Assembly (NCBI GenBank): GCA_023248155.1
Contig: JAHFFE010000004.1
Span: 4,248 to 68,247 of the forward strand
From: Candidatus Omnitrophota bacterium
GTDB taxonomy: Bacteria; Omnitrophota; Gorgyraeia; 1-14-0-20-64-10
Direction: 5' to 3'
Length of the DNA stretch: 64,000 nt
Shown: one piece after another, positions 24,101 to 36,100 of the stretch
How positions within the stretch are numbered: the stretch's first letter is position 1
Layout of the letters: each line of letters begins with the position of its first letter
The notes under the pieces: generated by a model
Told to the model about the DNA's origin: nothing
Seen by the model: only the letters and a program-made list of their open reading frames with translations
Database searches by the model: none
Program-made: the position numbers and the translations under genes

Positions 24101-27100
24101 GCGCATCCGCACGATGTTTGCCGACCATCTCTTTGATACGGACAAAGACGGCATTGTCAGTGCCGCGGATCTGGCCCAGATCGAAGCCGCGATCCGGCTT
24201 TCGATGGCGGTCAAGGCCGGCGACCTGAACGGCGACACGGTCACCGACGGCGGTGATCTGACTTATTTTGATTCGCATCTGACGCAGGCGGCCACCGACT
24301 TTGACCGCGACGGCACGCCCGGAGAAACGGAAGATAAAGCCCTGCTGGCCCAGGTTGTGCACTATGCGCGCATGGCCGTGCGCGCCGATATTGACGGCAA
24401 CGGCCTGTTGAATATGGAAGATGCTTTCCGCATTGACCGGGCCTTGAGTTTTTCCAAGGACATTGACCTGGCTGCGCTGGACAAAATTGTGAGCTACTAC
24501 ACCAAGCAAGGTGAATTCGCCAAATCCGACGTCAACAAGCCGTTGCAGGCCAATCAGCCCAGCGATATTAATTACGGTCTTGATTTCAACAATATGCTGG
24601 TCAATCTTACGGATAAATGGGACAAAATCGAAAAAACCGAAGACAATACCAAAGAAGACGCCGGCATTTACCACATTTTCGAACTGCTGGCGCTGGGCGA
24701 CGTGACCACGATTATGGCCGTGCGCATGCTCGACCTGGACCTCAACGAAATGGTCCGCGATCAGGTGCTTTACAGCGCGGATGCGAACTTTGATTCGGTG
24801 CAGGGCATTGCGGCGGCGCTCGAAGCCACGCAGAACCGTGATTATTTCCTTTTGACCACGGCCGCGGATTTGGAACTGACGCCCATGCTGCTCAAGATGC
24901 TCGATACCAACCGCGACGGTATTTTTGATGTGCGCGACCTGCCGGAAGGCATCTCTTACCGCCAGTTGGAACGCTTTGACGTCAATCAAACCGACACGCT
25001 GTCCTACCTGGACCGCGATGTGCTGGCCAGCCGCAACGAAGAGAACGGCCAGTGGAACGGCGTCCTGGGCGACAGCCGCCTGACCGGCGCTTATTTCTTC
25101 CTCAACCGCATTCAGGAACAGATCCGCGAAAACTCCGATCTTACCGGCGACGGCCTGATTGATTTTAACGATGCCAATGCGCTGGCGCGCGCCATGGGGC
25201 TGTTCCTCGGCGACCGCGATGCCGACGGCATTACCGATATCGATGAAACGGCGCTCGGGCTGGCCGGTGATTTGGATGGCGACGGACTGCAGGGCTTGAT
25301 CGATCCGGATTCGGACAATGATGGCTTCTCGGACGGCGAAGAACTGGCGCGCGGTTTTGATCCCAAGAGCCGCGATTCGTATCCGCAGGCCGTGCTGGCC
25401 GATTCCGACGGCGACGGGATTGCGGATATCAGCGATGCGAACCGTACGGAAGCCGATGCGGATCATGACGGCTTCTCCGACGGCTGGGAAACAGCGCGGG
25501 GCACGAATCCTTTGGATGCGGCCAGCCGGCCGGTCAAGATCGTGACCGATCCGGATTCCGACGGTGACGGCCTGACGGATGCGGCCGAAAGCGCGCTGGG
25601 AACTTCCGCTGAAAATGCCGACACGGACGGCGACGGTTTTTCGGATAACGAAGAAAAACTATTGAATACGAATCCGATGGACCGCGATTCCAAACCGGCG
25701 CCGAAAGCCGATGACCGCGATGGCGACGGCATCAAGGATGCGGATGAGACTGCGGCGGGAACGGACCTGGACAAGGCGGACTCCGATGGTGACGGCTTCT
25801 CGGATGCGGAAGAAAAGCGTCTGAAGACCAACCCGCTGTTGTCATCGTCGCGGCCGGCGGCCCAAATGCGCGATACGGACGGCGACGGCGTTTCGGATAC
25901 GCAGGAGAGCGAATACGGCACGAACATCTCATCCGTGGACAGCGATCAAGACGGTTTTTGTGATGCCGAGGAAATTGCGCGGGGTTCAAGTCCGGTCTCT
26001 GCTGCGTCCAAGCCGGCCCGGACCTTTGCCGATTCGGACGGCGACGGCATTGCCGATTTGGTCGAAACGTCGCTCAGAGCCGATTTTAGCCTCGACGGAA
26101 TTCTGAATGAGCGCGATTTGGATCTCTTCAAGGTAAAAATGGCCGCGGCGGCAGCACTTACGGAGGCCGAGAAGGCCGTTTATGATCTCAACGGCGATGC
26201 GCTGCTGGATGCTAAGGATATGGCCATTTTCGCCGACATGCGCGCGCTGCTGGCGGAAAGCGAGTTTGGCCGGCCGCTGGCACTCGATCCGCTCAAAGCC
26301 GATACGGATGGCGACGGTTTCAGCGATTGGGAAGAATTGAATCGCGGGACGGATGCGGCGAATGCAGCCAAGTATCCGGTCTCGACCAAGGCGGACATTG
26401 ATGGCAGCGGCACGGTCAATGAACTTGATCTGCAGACCCTCGATCGCCTGACGCGCATGCTGACCGGCGCTGATTTCAACGGGGATCAGCTTTATGATCA
26501 AGAAGATGTGAAGGATCTGCGCGAGCTTTTCGGCGCCCAGTCGCTCAAATTGAAAGCCGTGGAGCGCAAGACCGGCAGTAATTTTACGGTTCAGGGCGAA
26601 ACGCTGGTGGCCGCCCGCCCGCCGCAGACGCCGGTCTGGGATGTGCGCGCGTCCTATGACGTGGAAACTTTCGGCGGCCTGTATCAAGTCGGCCTGTCGG
26701 CGCGCAGTTTTGACGCGATCAACCTGCCGCAGAGCGGTTACTACGAATTTGACGTCTTCGTTGACGGCGCATCGCGCGGCACGGTCACTATGCGCGCCAG
26801 CAACCTGCAATACAACACCGAGACGATTGAACTTAATTTGGGCGCCGGCATCCACAACATCGAATTCCGCTGGACGAATAACGGGGCTTACGCGCGCTCC
26901 TACGGCGAACGCGAATGGGAATATCTCGAGAACCGCAACAAAGAAATCCTGCCGTCCGTGCAGATCAAGGACATTGTGCTCAGGAGTTCGAATTTTGACG
27001 AGCGGGCGGACTTCAATCACGACAACCGCATTGATAAACTCGACGAACGCGTTCTGCAATCCACGCTGCGCGACCGCGACTATTACCGCTTGAGCGATCT

Positions 27101-30100
27101 GGATCAGGACGGCAAAGTGACGGCCGCGGATCTGGCGATTTATCAAAGCCTGCCGGAACGTTCGAGCACGCTGGCGGCCCAGGAGATGACGTTTGGCGGC
27201 CAGGTCTACCGCCTGCGTTATGACAAAAAGAATGCAGGCTGGCTGTTTGAAGACTCCACGGGCGGCGTGACGCGCTCTTACCGCGAGGATTTATACGGCA
27301 GCCGTAATTTCGTGGACATTCAGGGCGTGAAGTACCTGATTCTCGATCCGAATCCCGTGACCGGCATTTTCCGGATTGTGCGCGACCGCGACGGTGATAT
27401 TGACAAAGATGGCGTGATTGATGCGGCCGATGAAGCGGACATGCGCGCGGCCGCGGTCTTTCCGCGTGAACTCAAGGAAGGCGTGGATTTCCTGCGGCGC
27501 TCCGGAAGCTGGACGCTCGATGAGACTTCGGTCAAGACAAGTCAATCCGGCGCGGCGATCGATTACCGTTTTGACGTGCCGACGGCGGGTGACTACGAAA
27601 TCGGCCTGCGCGCTCTCAACGGCGCAGGCATAGCCGAAGGTTATCAATTTAAACTCAATATGTTTGTCGACGGCGAGTTCACGGAAACCCTGCAGGTGGA
27701 TGCCGGCGACCCGGCCAAGGATTACGGTGCTTACCAGAATCTGAATGCGGGCCTGGTCAATACGGCCGTGCTTGCGGATCTGATCGCCAATCCTGCGGAT
27801 GCGGCGGCGGTTTATGCCGACATCGCGGGCTGGAGAGTTTTCTATGATACGGGCAAAGCCCGCCTGGCCGCGCAAATGAAAGACGGGCGCGTAGGCCGTC
27901 TGATGGAATTCAAACACGATAACGCCGGCGCGGTCATTGCCGCTGATGTTTATGATCTCGGACAATCGCAGCCGGTGCTGGATACGCTGGCGGCTTACTG
28001 GAGTCTGGAACGCGGCCGCATCATTGCGCGCGATGCGCAGCTGGTTTCGCGCGTGTTTATGGCCAGTGGCAGTGCCATCGGCGCGGCCGATGTCAATGCG
28101 GACGGCCTGGTCAACCGCATTTACCGCGAGAGCGCGGGAATCCGGGATACGTACACGCTTGCGGCCGAACTTGCGCTGAGCGACAGCTTAAGCGCTTACG
28201 CCGGGGCGACGGCGCGCACGGCCCGGGCCTGGCTGGCCGCCGACGGCAGCGTGCGCGGCAGTACCAGTCTGAATGCCTCAGGTCTTGTGACCAGCCTGGC
28301 CCTGGATTATCCGGAAGCCGGTTATCAAGACCGCTACACGTTTAAAACGCCGGCGGCGCTGGGAACAGACATGGCGGGTTATCTTGGCGCCGGCGGTATT
28401 CCTGCGGCCGGGACGGCCCTTCTGACCGGCCGCACTTTCCGTAAAAATGGCCGGCCGTTTGTGGATCTGACCGTCAATAAAGACGGCCAGGCCATCGGCC
28501 TCGCCGCGCTGGTGACGGATGACGCCGGGAATATTTATTCCAGCGACCGCTATCGTTTTGCCGGCGCTTTGAACTTGACGGCGAATTATTTGGAATATTG
28601 GAATGACGCCGGCAATGCGCCGGTGCCTCAAAATGCCGAGTTGTGGTCGCGCCAATATTATGACGACGGCCTGCCCTGGATGGGCGTGGGGATTGCGGGC
28701 GGCCAGGCCGTTTCCGTGGACCGCTATCAAGCAGGCCTGTATGGCCAGGTGGCGGAGTCCTATCATTACGCTTTGAGCGAAGCCTCAACGCTTGCGGCGG
28801 ATCCGGCGTCCTATTGGAATTTCAATGCCGGCCGTCCGGCGGACGCGAGCGCCAAAAATTCCGCACGCCGGGCCTATGATGAAGACGGGGAATTGCTCTA
28901 TCAGGAGGTTTTCGCCTCCGCCGCGCTGGGCGCGGGCACGCGCGACGTGCGCTTTGTCTGGGCCAACCCGGTGTCGGCCAATGCCGAACTGGTGTTGAAA
29001 AAGGCCTTTCTGCGCGGCGCGGAAAAACGCACGGACCTCAATCAGGACGGATTTACCGACCGCGCCGATCTCGCCTTGTTCCTTAAAGACAGCGCGCTCG
29101 CGGGCCGGGTCGATACCGTCACGCTTGAAAATACGAACTTCCGCATCCTGCACCGTATGGACGGCACCTTTACGGTGACGGGCGGCACGCAAACCGTGGA
29201 AAGCGATGCCTCGGGCCGGTTTGTCACGCTGAAGATCGGCACTCAGGACAAAGCCTATATTCTGCAGAAAGATCCGGCGGATTCCCAGGGCGTCAAGATG
29301 CGTTTGGCGGAAAATGTCCGGACGGACACGGATAAAGACGGCTTTGTCGATGCCAAGGACCTGGCGCTCATGCGCCATGTGATCAGCGCTCCGCCGGTCG
29401 CGCTTAATGCAGTTGAGGCGCAGAGTTGGGAGCAAGGCAGCGTTTATGAAATGGACATCAGCGAACGCGGCGACTATGCGCTTGGTCTTTCCTACCAGCG
29501 CGATAGCAATGCCAGCGCGACCGGTACGGCCAAGTTCCAGATTTATTTAGACGGCACGTATGCGGGGCTGGTGGAGTTTTCGCATGCTCCCGCCACGCTG
29601 CAGACGGCCGGGCTGGCATTGCCCATGGGACCCGGCCGCCACCGCATCCAGATCTTCGGTTCGGAAACCGCGGATTATGGCATGGGCCCGGTGGTTTCCG
29701 GAACAGCCGCGCTGCAGGAACGCTGGATTTTTGACCGCCGCGGCGATCTGGATGGCAATCATCGCGTCACATACGAGGACTTTACCGTTTTTGCCAATGA
29801 GTTTGGCTCGTCCGCGCTGGTCTATCCGCTTGCGGCCCATAACTTCCCGGGAACGGGCAGCCGCCGCGTGTTTGTGCTCGACAACTTGGACGGCAGTTTC
29901 ACGGTTTCTGACGGGCAGAAAAACTGGATTTCAGCCAAAGACGGCAAGCTTGTATTCATCGAAGACGGGGCCGGCAAGCTGCAGGATTATATTTTGCAGG
30001 TCGATGCGGCTGCGCGCGAAGCGCGTTTGACGGAGCGTTTGCCGGAAGATCTCAATTATGACGGAACGGTGAACAGCGCTGACCGCACGGTGATGGAAGG

Positions 30101-33100
30101 CTACCTTGATCAAACTTATCTGGACCGTGCGGGTACGGATTTCAAGACGATCGATGCCGGCTGGCGCTATGTGAAAAGCGGCGTGATGGGCACGGCCGGC
30201 TCCAACAGCCTGACCTATGAATTCACGCTGGACGATGAACGCGATTACCTGGCCGGCGCTTTGGTCGGCGTGACCGGAACCCTGCCGGCGGACAAGAAAA
30301 TCAAAGTCGAACTCAGCCTCGATCCTTCCGGTATTCGCCAGACTGTGGAATTGACGCCGGATGCTTCCGGTCTGATCAATCTGCCGGCGCGCCTGAACAC
30401 GCATCTGGATCCGGGCACCTATCAACTGCGCGTGCGCTGGCTGAATTCAGTTGATTTCCCGGGTGCGGAGTTCCGCGTCAGCCAGGCCTTCGTGCGCGAC
30501 GGCGCGATTCCGGATTCTGCCGACTTGGACAAAAACGGCATTTTTAATTTTGACGATTACCACCGTTATCTGGATGAAGTGCCGGAAACTGCGCCGCAGG
30601 CTCTGAATGTGGGCGGGGCAGTTTATCATGTCGCGCGCACGCCAAAAGAGCCGGCCGCTTTCACCTTTACGGACATTCAGACCGGCCAGCGCATTCGCAC
30701 GGAGCCCGGCATGCGCGAAGTCAAACTTCTCCTCATGGACTACGCGATTCAGGAAACAGAAGGGGGCTTGATCCGCCTGGCCCAAATCAAGACGAGCGAT
30801 TTTAACCATGACGGCCTGGCCGATTTGGCCGACCGCCAGCTTTTTACCGCTAACCTGGCCCTTTTTACGGCGGAAAAAGCGGCCATGGATTATGCGCGCA
30901 AAGACGGCAGTTTTGCCGGTCAGGATCCCTGGGCCACCTCCGACGGCTTGAACCTGCGGACGTCCGTGGAACGCTCCGTGACGTATGCCTTTGACGTGCC
31001 GCAAGCCGGACGCTATGTGTTTGGCGCCAGCGGCGGAAATTTCTCCGCGGACGGAAGTTCCACTCTCGCGGATTCCGGCTACCAATTCCGTTTAGCCGTT
31101 GAAATCAACGGCCAGAAAAAAGGCGAAATCCGCCTGGATGCCGGCGGCACAATCCTTGGAGAAACCCCGCTGGATCTTACGCAAGGCTCCAATAACATCA
31201 CGCTGCGCTGGATCAATAAAGCCGAGGCGGGCGCGCCGGCAACCCTGAAGCTGAACCGGGTTTTTGTGCGCGCTGAGGCGCAGGATAGGCGTTTGGACTG
31301 GAACCGGGACGGTCTTGTGAGTTTGAGCGACGCAGACAGCGCGATACCGCAAAATATGCAGACGCTCTACCTGAGCGCGCAGAAGACCTGGAAGATTATC
31401 CAGCCCGTCGTGCCGGGAGCTCCGGTGGTTTTTTACAGCGGGACTGAACGGGTCGCCAGCGACGCGGACGGAAAATTTGTCACGCTGGACAATGTCCTTT
31501 ATGCGCTCAAGTATTATCCGGCGGAAGGGGTTTATACCGTCGAAGAAATTAAAGCAGGCGATCTGGATCGTGACGGTAAGACCGATTCGAATGATTACAG
31601 CGCGCTGCTGGCTGAAACACAGAAATTTTCACAGACGTTGAAGGGGACGGACTTTGACACCAAGGATACGGCCTTCCGTCTGCAGGGGGCCGGTGCGATT
31701 GTCAGTTCGAAAAATGCTTCCGCGCGTTACAGCGTCACGGTGCCTGAGGCGGGCTGGTACGAGATTGAACTGGACGGCGGCGCGTCCGATGCCGGCCAGG
31801 ACTTCTTTGCTTTCCACGTGGGTCTGGATGTCAACAATGCCGGCAGCGGAGAATATCATCTTGCGGCCGGGGCTTATAAGCCGGAACTAGGCCGCCGTAT
31901 TCTGCGCGTGCACTTGAATCAAGGCCGTAACCTGCTCGATTTTGACTGGACCAATTCGGCGGAGGCGGCGGGCCGGAATTTTGTGATCCGGTCCGTGGCG
32001 GTGCGTGCCGCGGCAGTGCAGGATCCGTTTGATTTAAATCACGACGGCTCGGTCACGCTGGCGGACGCTTCCCGCTGGCTGGAACTGAACCCGGAGGAAC
32101 GCGATTATCACAGCTTATCCGTCAACGGCGTGGCTTATACCGCGCGCCGTACTCCGGAGGGCGCGCTGGCCTTCCGTAAAAATCTGACGAACGTGGCCAC
32201 CTATGTCAAACCCGGCCAGGACGAAGTGATTCTGGAAGACAAAACCTGGCTGATTTTCAGCGACAGCCAGACGGGGGACATCAGCCTGCGCGAAAAACTG
32301 AACGGCGATATCAACCGCGACGGCCGCGTCAGCGCCGAAGATCTGGACGCGCTCAACGAAATGGCGGCCCGGGAATCCGTGCGTCTGCTGGCGCGCGATT
32401 ATGACGTCAAGGGGCCGGACTGGGTCATGACGCCCGAAGGCCGGCTCGTCAGCGAGAAAAATACCAGCATTACGTATGAATTCAACGTGGAAACCGACGG
32501 CTGGTATGACGCCGCTCTGGTTTACCGCAATACGGTGCCTATGGATTGGTACCGTTTCTTTCTGAACGTGCGCGTGGACGGCGCTTCGCCCGAAGCGCTG
32601 CGCGTTCCGAGTGCCGCGGCCTTTAATGAAACCGGCAGCCATGTTTATCTGACAGCCGGCCGTCACCGCGTCCAGTATGAGTGGATCAATGAAGGGGATT
32701 CAAATACCGATCTAGCCGCAGCCGCGGCAAACGTGGAGTTGACCGGGCCGGCTGCGCTCGAAGTCGACGGATTTATCCTGCGTCCGGCGGCCATGCCCCG
32801 GACTGCGGATTTGACCGGCGATGGCATTGTCGACGTTCAGGATGTGATCCGCTGGAAACTGCTCAATCCGGACAGCGCCTTCTTGCAGGCGTTGGAAGTT
32901 GGCGGCAAGCGTTACGAGGTTGAAAAATTGGCGAATGGCCGGTTTTTATTTTTTGATACGGCGGCGAATCAAACAACATCCAGTGAAACTGGCCGCCGGC
33001 GCGTGACGCTGGAAGGCCAGCCCTATGTCATTGTGGATGCAGCTGGCGGACTCGTGCAGCTGGTAACGCAGGATCCGGCGGATGTCAATCTGGATGGCGT

Positions 33101-36100
33101 TGTGAGCGCTGCCGACCGGGAATACGTTGATCGTCAGGCCGGCTATTATGGCGAACGTCTCAGCGGTCAGAATTATCTGACGCAAGACGGCGGCTGGACC
33201 CATGATGCCTACGGCAGCATGCTCAGCGGGACGCAGAGCATGCCGGGCAGCAGCAGCGCGATTCGCTATCGCTTTGATGTGCCGGCCACCGGCTACTACG
33301 ATCTCGGGCTTGTGATCCAAAGCGCCCTGCCGGAAGCCGCCGCGGCCGATAATCGTTTCTTTATCAATGCCACCGAAGGCGGAGAAGAACTCGGTCAATG
33401 GCGGTTTGACGCGGGTGCCTCCGGCCCGCAGACAAGAACCTTGCGAGTTTATCTTGAAAAGGGCCTGCGCGATCTGCAGTTTGCGCTTGAGAATCCGGCA
33501 GAAGCCGGTTCGGCCAACCGCTGGAAAATCCAGGAAATTTACCTGCGTGACCGCCGGTTTGATATATCGCTCGACCTCAATCAAAACCATTTGATCGATC
33601 AGGGTGATCGCGAGGCTTATCAGCGCAGCACCGGTTTCAGCGGAGAAATCGCAGCCGTGGATCTGGCGGGCGCGAAATATGCCGTGATCAAACTGCCGGG
33701 TGATCTTTATGAACTGCGGCCGTATGCCGGCGGCGCCGTGCGGCGCACGTCCGCAGACCACCGCGTGCTGATCGAGAACAGAGAATATATTCTTTTTGAA
33801 GTCAAAGAGGGCGCGGCCAAGGGGCAGGTCTATTTGACCGAACACGCGCCGGCCGATGTCAATCTGGACGGCCAGGTCAATGCGGGCGACCTCGAAATCA
33901 TGGACCGCTTGGCAGACCGCGCCCAGGCCCGCTTCAGCGCGCTGGAATACGCCAGTCTTGACGGCAGTATGTCCATCCCGGCAGCCGGCCAGGAGGAACA
34001 CGGCTGGAAGATCGGGGCGGGTTATACCACGCTTATCGCACAAAATGAAAATGCCGCCTTGGGCTTTGACTTTACGGCTGACCAGGCGGACACGTATGCC
34101 GTGGGCCTGAGTCTGCGCGATGCTTCGAACTTTGACATGCCGGCGGATTATCAATTTGCCTTGGAAGTGCTGGTGGATAACACCCATACCACGACCGTCA
34201 GCGCGCACCTAAATCGCAGCGGTTTTATCCAATTGGATACGAATGTGAAAATGGCTGCGGGGGATCATACGATCAAATTCCGCTGGGCCAATCCGGTGGA
34301 AAATACGCTGCGCCCGGCGCTGGAATTCGGCGATGTGCTGATCCGGCCCGCCGGTCTGGGGGTAGCCCCTGATTTTACGGGCGACGGCCTGGTGACGGAT
34401 GCGGACGTTGACGCGTTCCAGCGGCGGTTTGCAGATGCTTCGGCTTATCAGAAAATCCAGCTTGCGGGCGTGACGTATGCGGTCCTGCGCCATCCGGACG
34501 GCACGACCACCTTTATCTCCGGCCAGAACCGTGTGCGTTCTTCGGCGGATGCGTTCGTCACCCTGGGCGGCGTGGTCTACCATGTGGTGACGGATTCCGA
34601 AGGCCGCATTATTCTCGGCGAAAAACCCGCGGGGGATGTGAATCAGGATGCGCTGGTCAATTCCAGTGATGCCGCGTTTATTTACAGTCAGTTCGGCCGT
34701 CAAAACGCCGAGGCGGATCTGAACCGCGACGGCCGGGTGAACATGGCGGATCTGCTGCCGATTCTGCCGCAGGCCGGCGATACGCGGTTTGCCAGCGTGT
34801 TGACGCTCGACGGCCAGCAGACGCTGGTCTATCCGGAAGCGGACGGCCGCATTGCGGTGCAAAAAGGTGCGGAGTATGCCGTCAGTGACAGCACGAATAC
34901 CTGGGTGCAGGTAGACGGCAAGAAATACTGGATTCAAAAAGACAGCGCGCAGAATTGGAAACTTGTTGAGTTTACCGCCGGCGACGGCACGCATGACGGC
35001 ACGGTCGATAACGCGGATCGCAATCTGCTAGCCGCGCGGCTTGGCCAGCAAGCCCTGCAAAATTTCATGGCCGGCCAAACCACCGAAATGAACGGCTTTG
35101 CGGCCGCGGGCACAACGCTCAAAGCCATCGTGGCCGATCAGGCCAATTACCAGAATACCAATTATTTTTATGCGGATTTTGCGCCTGTAACCGGCGGTGC
35201 GCGTTATGACATTCAGATCAACGGCGCTTCGCCCGCCGATGCGTCACTGCCGCCGGAAGGTTATGCCTACCAGTTCAGCGTTTACGTGGAGAACACCCAG
35301 ACGCCGGCAGGCCAATTGACCCTGCCGCTTTCGGCGTCCGCAAGCATTTCCGGTAAACTCGAATTGGATTTAACCAGCCTGCCGCTTGCCGCGCACAAAC
35401 TGCGGCTGGTTTGGACCAATCCGATCTATAATCAAAATCCGGCTCAGCCGAAGTACGGCCTGCAGATTACCAGCGTGCAGGTCCGTTCCCAAGCGTATGA
35501 CGCGCTGCTTGATTTGGATCCGGACGGCATTCTGACCACGGCGGATCTGGCGATATGGGATGCGATTCCTGCGGCCAGCCGGCAGGGGCGCGTTTCGGTG
35601 CCAGCGCCGTCTGCCTGGACGGAAACCGGTGCGGCCCGGGCCTTGCTTCTGGCCACGCCGCTGAAAGTCAGCGGAACTTCGGCGTGGACGAGTGCCGGCC
35701 AATTCGCGCCGCTGAGCGGCAGCTGGCAGTATGACGGTCTGCGCATGAAGTCCACGGCCACGGCCCAGCAAGATCTGCCTGCGGCCGTCAACCAGCTGGC
35801 GGCGGCTGGGCAAGTGCCTCTTAATTTTGATCTGGAAGGCCGCCTGCAATGGGATTGGAGCACCGGCGCGGCCAAAGCCGGATTCTATGTGCGCTACCTG
35901 GATGCAAATAATCTGCTCAAAGTGGAATTGGACCGCACGTCCGGCCGCCTGGCCTTGATCAGCATTGCTGCCGGCAAGAGCCGCGAAATTTCCACGGTCA
36001 CGCTGGAGGACGGCATTGACTTCGGCCATATCTATGACTTAAAGATTGCCGCGCGCGGGGATGTCTATACGGTCCTGCTGGATGGCGTGGAGCAGCTGCA

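Larger units (their letters stand above)
16110..24460 (+). repeat. Dockerin-like arrays interspersed with CBM6/35-like domains (~16170-16500, 19620-19970, 23730-24125) and ConA/LamG-like domains
   Basis: CBM-like consensus YxFx[VI]xxxGxYxVGL...PxGYxYxFxVxVDG...GxHxxxxxWxN, e.g. GTYEVGLSAQTHNNLTPPAGYQYRFDAYVDN...EPGRHNLRLVWTN. Confidence 0.75.
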
